A stretch of DNA of 42,369 bases from a virus, in IMG/VR virus record IMGVR_UViG_3300045988_054763; one strand, written 5' to 3'. Made by a program: the position numbers and the translations under genes. The notes under the pieces were generated by a model. That model worked only from the letters and a program-made list of their open reading frames with translations. It had not been told where the DNA came from and did not search any database. Positions 17,878-26,612 of this stretch are shown here, in pieces. Positions within the stretch are counted from its first letter, which is position 1. Each line of letters opens with the position of its first letter.

Positions 17878-19337
17878 GCAAAACAACGGTCACCTATAAA
17901 GATGTTGCCGTTGGCGCGCAGGAGGATGCGGCATTTGCTGCTACCGGCGCAACAAATGAGAGCACTATTGCTAAGCTTGCAAAAGGCGTTGCCCCCGGGA
18001 AAATCATCACGCTTGAACAAGACCGCTGGGCGCTGGACGGAACCTTTGATAAATTCTACGAGCAAAGCGAGATCGCTTTCTGGTCGAGTGAGATTTCCGG
18101 CGCGGATGGGACGTTTGACGCTGACCCCGTTATTACCGTTACCTTTGACCAGCAATATTCCAGCATGGGCATCAGCTTTGTGTTTGATGATGCGACCAGT
18201 GAATATGTATCGCTTTTGAACATCAAGTGGTATCAGGGCGACACCCTAAAAGCCGATGAAGATTTTACGCCGGACAACGCTCGGTATTTTTGCTCAAAGC
18301 GCGTTGAAAGCTACGATAAGATTGTCATTACGCTTCAAAAAACAATGCCGGCTATGCGGCGCGCTAAGATCGACCGCATTATTTTTGGCGTGGAACGTGT
18401 TTTTGGCATGACGGAGCTGCGAAAAGCAAGCATTACAAACGAGATGGATGAGAGCTGTATTGAACTGCCGATCTCCACTTTTGCATGGACGCTTGACAGC
18501 TTAAGCAATGTGGATTACATGTTCCAGCTCAAGCAGCCGGTAGAGGTCCGGAACAACGAAAGCCTTTTGGGCGTGTACTATATCAACGGCGCATCGCGCG
18601 CTGCGGAGCGCGTCTATGATATTGACTGCCATGATGCGCTTGGAGTGCTTTCGGAATCACAGTTTGCTGGCGGCGCATACTTATCCGGTGCAAGCGCCAA
18701 ATCGCTGTTAGAAACGCTTTGTGCGCCGTTTTCGGTGGAATATGCAGAGGGCGTAATAGATACGATATTGAAAGGTGTTTTGGAACCGCAGCCCAAACGG
18801 GACGCCATTCGTCAGGTTGTATTTGCATGGGGCGTTTGTCTTGCAACAGATGGAGGCAGCACAATCCGCGTATTTACTCTGCCGAAAACAGCAAAGGCGA
18901 TACCCAAGGCCAGCACCTTTACCGGCGCAAGTGTAGAGACGACGTCCGTTGTAACAGCCGTAAAGCTCACGGCACACACTTATGCAGAAGATAACAATGG
19001 TGGTGTTACGATCAACGGGCAGTCTTACAGCGATACGGAATCCGTTTATACAGTCAGCAACCCAAACGTTACAGCCTCCGACCGTCAAAACATCATTGAG
19101 ATCACCGGTGCAACGCTGGTTTCGACCGATGCTGCACAGGCAGTTGCGCAGCGAGTTTACGACTATTATCAAAAGCGCGATACGATTTCGTCGAAAATCG
19201 TATACGGCGGCGAAAAGCTTGGAGACGCCTTGAGCGTTTACACGCCGTGGGACACGCTGGTGAGCGGGAATTTGAGCAAAATGGAAATAACACTTTCCAA
19301 CACTGTTGTTTATAAAGCCGAGGTGACAGGCGCATGA
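17874..19337 (+). CDS. Tail / baseplate protein (Tal-like position)
   Basis: 487 aa, overlapping start, synteny. Confidence 0.5.
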   Translation: MSKTTVTYKDVAVGAQEDAAFAATGATNESTIAKLAKGVAPGKIITLEQDRWALDGTFDKFYEQSEIAFWSSEISGADGTFDADPVITVTFDQQYSSMGISFVFDDATSEYVSLLNIKWYQGDTLKADEDFTPDNARYFCSKRVESYDKIVITLQKTMPAMRRAKIDRIIFGVERVFGMTELRKASITNEMDESCIELPISTFAWTLDSLSNVDYMFQLKQPVEVRNNESLLGVYYINGASRAAERVYDIDCHDALGVLSESQFAGGAYLSGASAKSLLETLCAPFSVEYAEGVIDTILKGVLEPQPKRDAIRQVVFAWGVCLATDGGSTIRVFTLPKTAKAIPKASTFTGASVETTSVVTAVKLTAHTYAEDNNGGVTINGQSYSDTESVYTVSNPNVTASDRQNIIEITGATLVSTDAAQAVAQRVYDYYQKRDTISSKIVYGGEKLGDALSVYTPWDTLVSGNLSKMEITLSNTVVYKAEVTGA

Positions 19338-19504
19338 GCGAGATCTATACAGTATTGGTCCCCAAGATCCTCGCCGCGGCGTTTGCTCCAAATCCCGCAG
19401 ACATCAACACCAAAACCAAGCTCACCGTCATCGTGACGGAAGAGACCGTCTACCTCGAACCGACAAAATACTACAGCGGCGAGATCTTCGCCGGGGAGGT
19501 CTAA
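19334..19504 (+). CDS. Small 56-aa protein (hand-called)
   Basis: MSEIYTVLVPKILAAAFAPNPADINTKTKLTVIVTEETVYLEPTKYYSGEIFAGEV*, with an ATGA overlap upstream. Confidence 0.45.
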   Translation: MSEIYTVLVPKILAAAFAPNPADINTKTKLTVIVTEETVYLEPTKYYSGEIFAGEV

Positions 19505-19507
19505 ACT

Positions 19508-20410
19508 ATGGCGATCAAAACAGTCCAAGCGATCATCAACGGCCAGAGCTACACCCTCGCGCTCAACAGCGCGACGGGCAAGTACGAGGCCACCATCACC
19601 GCGCCGGGCAAAACGTCCTACAACCAGTCCGGCGGCTACTACAACGTTCAAATCAAGGCGACCAACGACGCGGGCACCGTCGGCTCGGCGGACGCCTCCA
19701 CTCTCGACGGATTAAAGCTCTACGTCAAGGAAAAGGTCGCGCCGGTCATCACCATCCTCTCGCCGTCCTCCGGGGCGTATGTCAGCAACAGCAAGCAGCC
19801 GGTCGTGTTCACGGTCAAGGACGAGACGGACGGCTCCGGCGTCGACCTCTCGACGCTCGTGGTCAAACAGGACGGCGCGGCGGTCGCATCCTCTGCCCTT
19901 GCGAGCACGGCCATCGCCAACGGCTACCAGGTGACCTACACGCCCGCCTCGGCCCTCAACGACGGCAGCCACACCGTCGCCATCAACTGCAAGGACCACG
20001 ACGGCAACGCCGCGGCGCAGAAGTCCACCACCTACACGGTCGACACCGTGCCCCCGACGCTCAACGTCACCGCGCCCACGGATAATCTTATCACCAACAC
20101 AGCGGCTCTCACGGTGGCCGGTATCACCAACGACGCGACCTCCTCGCCTGTAACCATCAAGATCACGCTTAACGGAGCAGATCAGGGCGATGTCACGGTC
20201 GGCGCGGGCGGCGCGTTCAGCAAGGCCGTCACGCTGGCGGAGGGCGCGAATGCCATCGTCATCACGGCGACCGACGCGGCGGGCAAGGTCTCCACGGTCA
20301 CGCGCAATGTGACGCTTGACACCTCGGTGCCGGTCATCAAGTCGGCGACGATCACGCCGAACCCGGTCGACGCAGGCGCGACGATGGTCATCGCGGTGGA
20401 GATCGAATGA
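19508..20410 (+). CDS. Ig-like repeat tail fibre / adhesin protein
   Basis: Repeated T/A/V-rich beta modules (for example VDTVPPTLNVTAPTDN..., DTSVPVIKSATITPNPV). Confidence 0.55.
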   Translation: MAIKTVQAIINGQSYTLALNSATGKYEATITAPGKTSYNQSGGYYNVQIKATNDAGTVGSADASTLDGLKLYVKEKVAPVITILSPSSGAYVSNSKQPVVFTVKDETDGSGVDLSTLVVKQDGAAVASSALASTAIANGYQVTYTPASALNDGSHTVAINCKDHDGNAAAQKSTTYTVDTVPPTLNVTAPTDNLITNTAALTVAGITNDATSSPVTIKITLNGADQGDVTVGAGGAFSKAVTLAEGANAIVITATDAAGKVSTVTRNVTLDTSVPVIKSATITPNPVDAGATMVIAVEIE

Positions 20411-21021
20411 GCGCGCAGGTCCTAAGCGTCTCGCTGCCGAGCGAGATCATCTATGTGAGCGGCACGGTCAACGGCACGGCATACACATGGACGCTCATGG
20501 AGGGCGCGTGGACCGCTACGGTCGAGCGGGCGGCGGACGATACCTATGCCGTCGCCCTCACCGCCGTCACTGCAGCGGGGACAAGCACCAACTTTGAGCT
20601 GACGCTCTACTACGGCCTGCTGACGCTCATCACGGATCGGACGGCGGAGGACGTGGCAAACAAGACCGCGAAGGGCTTTTACAACGCGAGCGACCTCAAC
20701 CGCGTGGGCGCGGCGGTGCAGTACGTCGCGGAGCGCTTTGCCGCGCAGGGCTACGCGGTCACCGTCCACCCGAAAACGGACCGGACGGAGAAAGACATCC
20801 CCACAGCCTCCGAGCTGGAGACGTACCGACAGAACATCGCCACGCTGCGCGGCTTGATTGCGGTCCTGAAGTCCACGCCCGAGACGCCGGAAACCATGCG
20901 GTTTTTGGACTACATCAAGGCCAACGATATAGAGCGCATTTTGCTCGACCTCGACACGCTGCTGACCAATGCGGCGCTGGCGTGGTATCAGTCCGGCGAG
21001 CTCTACGCCGGAGAAGTCTGA
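20407..21021 (+). CDS. Tail fibre-associated protein
   Basis: Overlapping start and synteny. Confidence 0.45.
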   Translation: MSAQVLSVSLPSEIIYVSGTVNGTAYTWTLMEGAWTATVERAADDTYAVALTAVTAAGTSTNFELTLYYGLLTLITDRTAEDVANKTAKGFYNASDLNRVGAAVQYVAERFAAQGYAVTVHPKTDRTEKDIPTASELETYRQNIATLRGLIAVLKSTPETPETMRFLDYIKANDIERILLDLDTLLTNAALAWYQSGELYAGEV

Positions 21022-21034
21022 AAGGAGCGAGAAC

Positions 21035-22045
21035 ATGAAAGACAGAATCCCCCTTTACCCCGGCCGCGTGACATTGAATCCCGTGTCCGGTCAGCCAAAC
21101 ACCTTTGACCTTGTGCGCGCCGACCAGCCCACGCAGGAGGGCACGCCGCTGAACAAGGCAAGCCTGCTCAAGGACACCACGGCGGCGCTGTTCGGGCTGG
21201 GCACCGACGCCGTGCCGGACGATGTGCTATTACAAATATCTGCTTTTAAAAACAACCTCGGGAACATGTGGGTGTGGGCAAAGGCTGAGCCTGACTTTTT
21301 GGGACCCGGATCAAGTATTGATTACGGGGCGGAATGGAAGCCGATCTGCACACTTACAAATACGTCGTTGTATATATATTATTCAGATAGTTATACAATC
21401 GTTAATGGGAAAGCTGTTTTAACAAATCCCTCTTCGATTGCTGGTAAGGATTTTACCGGCAACGTTAATTATTTTAAGCCTCCTATAATTGGGAAATACA
21501 TTCAACTTATTAACTCTTCGACCTATCCAGCGGAAGGATATAAAGAAGTGTATAAGCAGGCACCGAACGGTGACTTCAAATATGAAGTTCCAGCTTCGTA
21601 TGGCAATTATTTAACGCTGTTGTCTAATTTCCGGAATATGCCTGGGAATGTTATCGGCTATGTGCTTACGCCAACAAACGAGGCACCTACTGAAAGCGGA
21701 TATGTATTTAAAAGTATGGGTCAGCTCGGCGACAAGGTGCGCATCGCCACGGGCTCGTACACCGGCACGGGAACGTACGGGAAGGCGAATCCCAATACGC
21801 TGACGTTTGGTTTTGAACCGAAGATGGTGTTTATCGGTGCGGAAAGGCAATCTTCGGCTGATTGTGCTTTTGTATTCAACGGGCAAACAACCTTCAGTCG
21901 CACTAACTCAGGTGGTGGTGGGGATTCTGCTGACTGTTCATTTAGCGGAAATACATTTACATGGTATTCCACAAGCAGTAGTTGGGGATCTGCGGCGCAA
22001 ATGAACTCAGCTAACGTGGAATATCTTTATTTCGCCATCGGTTAA
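21035..22045 (+). CDS. Tail fibre / receptor-binding protein
   Basis: The N-terminus MKDRIPLYPGRVTLNPV...GTPLNKASLLKDTTAALFGL is a common fibre anchor. The C-terminal two thirds are AT-rich. Confidence 0.6.
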   Translation: MKDRIPLYPGRVTLNPVSGQPNTFDLVRADQPTQEGTPLNKASLLKDTTAALFGLGTDAVPDDVLLQISAFKNNLGNMWVWAKAEPDFLGPGSSIDYGAEWKPICTLTNTSLYIYYSDSYTIVNGKAVLTNPSSIAGKDFTGNVNYFKPPIIGKYIQLINSSTYPAEGYKEVYKQAPNGDFKYEVPASYGNYLTLLSNFRNMPGNVIGYVLTPTNEAPTESGYVFKSMGQLGDKVRIATGSYTGTGTYGKANPNTLTFGFEPKMVFIGAERQSSADCAFVFNGQTTFSRTNSGGGGDSADCSFSGNTFTWYSTSSSWGSAAQMNSANVEYLYFAIG

Positions 22046-22060
22046 GAAAGGAGGAAACCC

Positions 22061-22435
22061 ATGAACATCATCCAAATCAACGCCAACGAAAACGGCGGTC
22101 GTCCGCCGATGCAAAGATGGAACGGCGCGCCGCCCGCGGGCTATGCGCTCGTGCCCGATACGCTCGACACCTCCGTGTTTTACAATTTCATGGGCTTTGT
22201 CACGCTGGAGCTGGACGGAAGCACCGTGACAGCCATGACCGGCAACCAAGAGGCGCTGGACGCCTATAAGGCGAGCCTGCCCGATCCGGTCGAGCCGCCG
22301 CCGACCACCGAGGAGCGCGTCGCCGCGCTGGAGGCGGAGAACAAGCTCCTCAAGGAACAGGTTAGCGCGCAGGCTGACCAAGCGGAATTTTACGAGGACT
22401 GCATCGCCGAAATGGCGACGGTCGTGTATGCGTGA
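22061..22435 (+). CDS. Hypothetical tail-module protein with a coiled coil
   Basis: ORF with an RBS (aaaggagg). EERVAALEAENKLLKEQV. Confidence 0.5.
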   Translation: MNIIQINANENGGRPPMQRWNGAPPAGYALVPDTLDTSVFYNFMGFVTLELDGSTVTAMTGNQEALDAYKASLPDPVEPPPTTEERVAALEAENKLLKEQVSAQADQAEFYEDCIAEMATVVYA

Positions 22436-22493
22436 GTTTATCGCCGAGCTGGCGTTAAACGTATATTTCACATTACAGAAAGGAAGTAAAGAA

Positions 22494-22658
22494 ATGATGG
22501 CAATGTTATTCGCACAGAGAGTGATCCTCGGCAAGACGGAGTTTGACAAGGTGCCGAACAAACTCAAGCCGCAGGTGGCGGACATCCTCATCAACGAGTG
22601 CGGCCTGCCCGAGCTGGTCCCCGAGGAATACGGCGGCACCGCGCCGAAGGCGGAGTAA
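22494..22658 (+). CDS. Small protein (CD1375/XkdX-position)
   Basis: MMAMLFAQRVILGKTEFDKVPNKLKPQVADILINECGLPELV. RBS gaaaggaag. Confidence 0.5.
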   Translation: MMAMLFAQRVILGKTEFDKVPNKLKPQVADILINECGLPELVPEEYGGTAPKAE

Positions 22659-22665
22659 CGAAAAA

Positions 22666-22683
22666 GCCGCCCCGTAGGGCGGC
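22666..22683. terminator. Hairpin terminator, usable on both strands
   Basis: gccgccc-cgta-gggcggc, flanked by AAAAA upstream, which gives a U-run on the minus strand. Confidence 0.6.
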
Positions 22684-22686
22684 AAA

Positions 22687-22716
22687 TTGACAAAGCGCGG
22701 CAGACTGTGCTATAAT
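22687..22716 (+). promoter_or_regulatory. Sigma-70/SigA-type promoter for the toxin mRNA
   Basis: TTGACA (22687-92), an 18-nt spacer, then TGcTATAAT (extended -10, 22708-16). Confidence 0.7.
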
Positions 22717-22770
22717 TCGCCTGCCAGTAAGAACGGCAAGGTTGTCCACTTCCTGCAAAGGAGGTGCGCG

Positions 22771-22860
22771 ATGGTTACATACGCTGATATGTTCACATAT
22801 TCGCTTGTGCTCATCGGTCTTGCGTCTCTGATCTTCACGGTCACAAGACATAAGAAATAA
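22771..22860 (+). CDS. Type I toxin, holin-like toxin family (29 aa)
   Basis: MVTYADMFTYSLVLIGLASLIFTVTRHKK* has a single TM segment and a basic tail. RBS aaaggagg sits 6 nt upstream. Confidence 0.65.
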   Translation: MVTYADMFTYSLVLIGLASLIFTVTRHKK

Positions 22861-22950
22861 CCGCCCACCATAGCGGTAAGCGGCGTTTCCTTCGAGCTAT
22901 AAACTCACTGAGGGACGACCGCCACCAGCAATGGCAGCCGTTCTTACTGG
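22856..22950 (-). ncRNA. Candidate antisense antitoxin RNA overlapping the toxin 3' UTR
   Basis: Its own minus-strand promoter lies at 22955-84. The minus-strand hairpin CCGCUUACC-GCUAU-GGUGGGCGG plus UUAUUUCUU (22861-83) forms G-U pairs only on this strand. Confidence 0.5.
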
Positions 22951-22954
22951 CCTA

Positions 22955-22984
22955 AATATAGCACACCTAAAGCCGCTTTGTCAA
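22955..22984 (-). promoter_or_regulatory. Minus-strand promoter, an inverted near-copy of the toxin promoter
   Basis: On the minus strand: TTGACA (22979-84), an 18-nt spacer, then TGcTATATT (22955-63). Confidence 0.6.
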
Positions 22985-23006
22985 GCACGACAAGGCGGCT
23001 TTTTTC
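22970..23006 (+). terminator. Intrinsic terminator of the toxin transcript
   Basis: gccgctttgtc-aagcac-gacaaggcggc followed by tttttt. Confidence 0.75.
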
Positions 23007-23033
23007 GCGCCGCCGGAAAGAGAGACAACGCCT

Positions 23034-23339
23034 ATGGAAAGTTTATCGAAATTGGCGGCGCTGTGCTCGGAGGTGACGGTCATTCTGGCCGCGCTGGCGA
23101 TGCTCATTAAGCCCATCCGGAGCAAGCTGCTGGGGCTGGACAAGCTGACCGACGCGCTCAAATGCCAGCTCCGGCACGACATGCTGCACACCTACTACAA
23201 GCACCGCGAAAGCCAGACGATCCGCCAGTATGAGCTTGAGGATTTCATCTACCTCTATCGGGGCTACAAGGCCCTCGGCGGCAACAGCTTTATCGACCGC
23301 ATCAAAAGCGAGATCGACGAGTGGGAGGTAATTTCATGA
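23034..23339 (+). CDS. Membrane-anchored lysis-cassette protein
   Basis: N-terminal TM segment LAALCSEVTVILAALAMLI. First gene of the lysis operon. Confidence 0.5.
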   Translation: MESLSKLAALCSEVTVILAALAMLIKPIRSKLLGLDKLTDALKCQLRHDMLHTYYKHRESQTIRQYELEDFIYLYRGYKALGGNSFIDRIKSEIDEWEVIS

Positions 23340-24043
23340 AAGACGTCAAGGGCTCAACCAGCGAAGAGGTGCGCATGATAAAGGCCATCCAGCGCTCCGT
23401 CGGCGCGCTGGACAACGGCTGGATCGGAAACCAGACCTTGAGCGACATCGCCGCCAAGCTCGGCGCGGACTGCTGGCCCCTCAACGTCGAGCTGTACGGC
23501 CAGCCCTGCATTCTCGCGCGGGACATCGAGCCCGTCAACATGAGCGGGCCGCTGCCGAAAAACGCCATCTCGGGGAGCTTTAGCTGGCAGGGCCAGCCCT
23601 GCTCCATCCTTGTGCGCGGCGGCAAGGTCGTGCGCGGCATGAGCTGCCACTACCCGACGCCCGAGAGCGTGCTCTACAAGACCACGGACGGCGCGGTGCG
23701 CATCGCCCGCGTGTCCTCGGTCTCCGCGCTCGACAATGTCGTGTGGGCAATCGGCGGGATGGGTCTGCTCGACCGCTATAACCCCGCGGCGGAGGGCTTT
23801 TCGGGCGCATACTCCGACGTGCTGCGCAAGACCAACCACACCGTCCTCGGCTACAAGGGCGGACTGCTCTACGGCGTCTACTGCCGCAGCATGACCGCGC
23901 AGCAGGTCAACGCCTTTTGTCGGGACAAGCTCAAGCTGGAATACGCCGTCATGCTCGACGGCGGGCACGTCGCCGCCATCAACGGCGCGTGTAACAAGAT
24001 CAACACACAGACGCGGCAGTTCTATGCCGTTCGGTTTCTGTAA
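23336..24043 (+). CDS. PG-binding-like N-terminus plus phosphodiester-glycosidase-like (NAGPA/DUF2233-like) domain protein
   Basis: IKAIQRSVGALDNGWIGNQTLSDIA resembles PG_binding_1. AVMLDGGHVAAING resembles the LDGGGS motif of the NAGPA domain. Confidence 0.4.
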   Translation: MKDVKGSTSEEVRMIKAIQRSVGALDNGWIGNQTLSDIAAKLGADCWPLNVELYGQPCILARDIEPVNMSGPLPKNAISGSFSWQGQPCSILVRGGKVVRGMSCHYPTPESVLYKTTDGAVRIARVSSVSALDNVVWAIGGMGLLDRYNPAAEGFSGAYSDVLRKTNHTVLGYKGGLLYGVYCRSMTAQQVNAFCRDKLKLEYAVMLDGGHVAAINGACNKINTQTRQFYAVRFL

Positions 24044-24057
24044 AGGAGGCTCAAAAA

Positions 24058-24240
24058 ATGCAAAATCGACTTGCCAATCTGCTCACGGTCAAGAGCATCG
24101 TGACCATCGCGCTCACGGCGGTTTTCTCGGTGCTTGCCCTGCGCGGCAGCATCAGCGGGACGGAGTTTCTGACGATCTTCACGACCATCATCGCCTTCTA
24201 CTTCGGCACCCAGACCGAGAAGAACAGGAAAAATGAATAG
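24058..24240 (+). CDS. Holin (two TM segments, charged C-terminus)
   Basis: 60 aa with TM1 IVTIALTAVFSVLAL, TM2 FLTIFTTIIAFYF and tail TEKNRKNE. It overlaps the endolysin start. Confidence 0.75.
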   Translation: MQNRLANLLTVKSIVTIALTAVFSVLALRGSISGTEFLTIFTTIIAFYFGTQTEKNRKNE

Positions 24241-24895
24241 GCTTCTTGACACGATGGCCGCGTGGGAGGGGGCCGTGCGCGGCGATGCGGTACATAAGCA
24301 GATCGTAGACGCCTACAACAGCTTCCTGCCCCACCCGCGCGGCTACAGGCTCACCTATTCGGACGACTACTGCGCGGCGATGGTGTCCGCGGCGGCGATC
24401 CTCTGCGGTCTGACAGAGGTCATCCCCATCGAGTGCAGCTGCGGCGAGCAGGTGAAATGGTATCAAGCGCGCGGCCAATGGATCGAGGACGACGCGCACG
24501 TCCCCACGGTCGGCGAGCAGGTGTTCTACTGCTGGAACGACCGCAAGGACTACGCCCTCACGGACTGCACCGGCGCGCCGAACCACACGGGCATCGTGAC
24601 CGCCTGCGACGGGCAGAAAATCACGGTGTTCGAGGGGAACAAGGGCAAAACCCACGAGTGCGCGTACCGCGTCATCCCCGTCAACGGGCGCTATATCCGC
24701 GGCTTCGGCGTGCCGAGATACCCCGCGGAAAAGCTCACGTTAGTGCGCGGCGACAAGGGCGCGGCGGTCGGCAAGCTGCAAGAGCTTCTCAACGCCTGCG
24801 GCTACGCGCTGGATGTGGATAACTCGTTCGGCCCCGCGACGCAAATGGCATGGGTTGAATATGTTTACGCGTACCTCGGGAAAATTCTAAAATAA
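24233..24895 (+). CDS. Endolysin: CHAP/NlpC-P60-like peptidase with a C-terminal PG_binding_1 domain
   Basis: Cys in DDYCAAMVS and His in PNHTGIVT. C-terminal GDKGAAVGKLQELLNACGYALDVDNSFGPATQMAW. Confidence 0.75.
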   Translation: MNRLLDTMAAWEGAVRGDAVHKQIVDAYNSFLPHPRGYRLTYSDDYCAAMVSAAAILCGLTEVIPIECSCGEQVKWYQARGQWIEDDAHVPTVGEQVFYCWNDRKDYALTDCTGAPNHTGIVTACDGQKITVFEGNKGKTHECAYRVIPVNGRYIRGFGVPRYPAEKLTLVRGDKGAAVGKLQELLNACGYALDVDNSFGPATQMAWVEYVYAYLGKILK

Positions 24896-24962
24896 CGAAA
24901 GGAAAACGGGCGGGAGGCGTGCCTCCCCTCGCGTGAGCGCTCTGCAAGCCCCGGCGCACAGC

Positions 24963-25199
24963 ATGGACAAGCAGCACCGAGCGATCCGGACAAAATTATC
25001 CTCTATGGCCCCGCGGCGGGCCGTGGCATACATTCGGTCTTTTGAGCTTCCGCCCGACGAAATGGCGTGCCTCGTCGAGTGCGACGTGCGCGGGCGATCC
25101 TGCGTACAGGTGGCATTTGAAATGAACTTGTCGCCGGATACGGTCAAAAAGTATCGCCGAAAGGCGTACCGCAAAATCGCATCGGAAGTCTTTGGATAG
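24963..25199 (+). CDS. Sigma-70 region-4-like HTH protein
   Basis: LPPDEMACLVECDVRGRSCVQVAFEMNLSPDTVKKYRRKAYRKIA. Confidence 0.5.
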   Translation: MDKQHRAIRTKLSSMAPRRAVAYIRSFELPPDEMACLVECDVRGRSCVQVAFEMNLSPDTVKKYRRKAYRKIASEVFG

Positions 25200-25202
25200 A
25201 AA

Positions 25203-25236
25203 AAGAGCTTCACCAAACGGTGAGGCTCTTTTCCTT
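25203..25236 (+). terminator. Intrinsic terminator
   Basis: A 12-bp stem (aagagcttcacc-aaac-ggtgaggctctt) followed by ttccttt. Confidence 0.75.
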
Positions 25237-25412
25237 TATTGGGGGGGTAGGAATGACGCATGGAGCACGTTGTGACAAAAAATAGCATATTCCGTCAGAA
25301 TTTGCAAGCGCAATCGTTCGACGAATTTCGCCGTACACTTTTCATCCTTTTTTCCGGCACTTTAAGAAAGGGGTTTTCTTGTACCATAGAGGCAGAAAAG
25401 GAGGTGCGCTGC

Positions 25413-25535
25413 ATGTACGAACGGCTTTTGGCATTGGGATTCACCGAGCAGATGGCGAGGGATATTTTGGTGCTGTTCCCCGAGCCGGACGAGCTGCGCA
25501 CCTATGTTTATTTCGCGGAGCTGCTACATGTATAG
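25413..25535 (+). CDS. Small 40-aa protein
   Basis: RBS aaaggaggtg. MYERLLALGFTEQMARDILVLFPEPDELRTYVYFAELLHV*. Confidence 0.45.
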   Translation: MYERLLALGFTEQMARDILVLFPEPDELRTYVYFAELLHV

Positions 25536-25908
25536 CTATTATAATCCGTCGCCTTATGGCAAGAACGTGGGGGACTGCACCGTTCGGGCGATCTCCAAAG
25601 CGACCGGAAAAGACTGGGGCGAAACGTATCTCGCGCTCGCCATACAGGGCTATTTGGACGGTGACATGCCGTCGGCCAACGCGACCTGGGGCGCGTATCT
25701 GCACTCCCTTGGCTATCGGCGCTACATCGTGCCGGACACCTGTCCTCTGTGCTATACCGTTGGGCAGTTTGCGGACGAGCATCCGGAAGGCACATACATT
25801 TTAGCCCTGTCCGGTCATGTGGTATGCGTGCAGGACGGGACGATCTTTGACTCGTGGGACAGCAGCAATGAGACTGTGATCTATTTTTGGGTAAAGGAGA
25901 CTGAATGA
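25528..25908 (+). CDS. Predicted papain-like (Cys-His-Asp) fold protein
   Basis: NVGDCTVRAIS (Cys), LSGHVVCV (His) and DGTIFDSWD (Asp). Confidence 0.45.
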   Translation: MYSYYNPSPYGKNVGDCTVRAISKATGKDWGETYLALAIQGYLDGDMPSANATWGAYLHSLGYRRYIVPDTCPLCYTVGQFADEHPEGTYILALSGHVVCVQDGTIFDSWDSSNETVIYFWVKETE

Positions 25909-25909
25909 C

Positions 25910-26341
25910 ATGGCTTTTAATCCGTACTATCAAAACCCTTATTATCCACAGCCGATGCCGGACAACCTCATGCAGATGCGGCAGCAGCAGATGATGCAGC
26001 CCGCTCCGCCTCCCGTGCCGCAGAATCCTGTCGCGACCGGCGGTGTGCAATGGGTGAGCAGCGAGCAGGAAGCGAGAGGCTACCTGATCGCGCCCAACTC
26101 TGCCGTTGCACTGTGGGACAGCTCCGCGCCGACGGTATACCTTAAGCAGTCCGACGCGAGCGGCAAGCCAACGCTCAAGATTTACGACCTCGTAGAACGC
26201 GCAGAAACGCCCTCTAACGCGCCGCAAAAGCCGGGTACGGAATTTGTCACCCGCGAGGAGTTCGACCGTCTGGCGGCGCTTGTTGGCGAATTAAAGGGCA
26301 AGAAGAAGCGCAAGATTGAGGAGGACGAGGACGATGAGTAA
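25910..26341 (+). CDS. Pro/Gln/Tyr-rich N-terminus protein with a small beta domain
   Basis: MAFNPYYQNPYYPQPMPDNLMQMRQQQMMQPAPPPVPQNP..., lysine-rich acidic tail. Confidence 0.55.
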   Translation: MAFNPYYQNPYYPQPMPDNLMQMRQQQMMQPAPPPVPQNPVATGGVQWVSSEQEARGYLIAPNSAVALWDSSAPTVYLKQSDASGKPTLKIYDLVERAETPSNAPQKPGTEFVTREEFDRLAALVGELKGKKKRKIEEDEDDE

Positions 26342-26546
26342 TCCGTTTATGGCCGCGCTTGGCGGCGGGCAGGGGCCTATGGGCAATTTTGCACAGATGG
26401 TGCAGCAGTTCAACCAGTTCAAGGCGAATTTTAAGGGCGACCCCAAAGCTGAGGTCGAAAAGCTCTTGCAGAGCGGTAAGCTGAACCAGCAACAGCTCAA
26501 CCAGCTTCAGCAGATGGCAAAGCAGTTTCAAAGCCTGATGCAGTAA
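26334..26546 (+). CDS. Gln-rich helical small protein
   Basis: MSNPFMAALGGGQGPMGNFAQMVQQFNQFKANFKG...QQLNQLQQMAKQFQSLMQ. Confidence 0.5.
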   Translation: MSNPFMAALGGGQGPMGNFAQMVQQFNQFKANFKGDPKAEVEKLLQSGKLNQQQLNQLQQMAKQFQSLMQ

Positions 26547-26612
26547 TCATCAACATAAATCAACATCGTGGCCACGATTTGATGAATAAAAATTTTTCAA
26601 AGGAGTGATACT

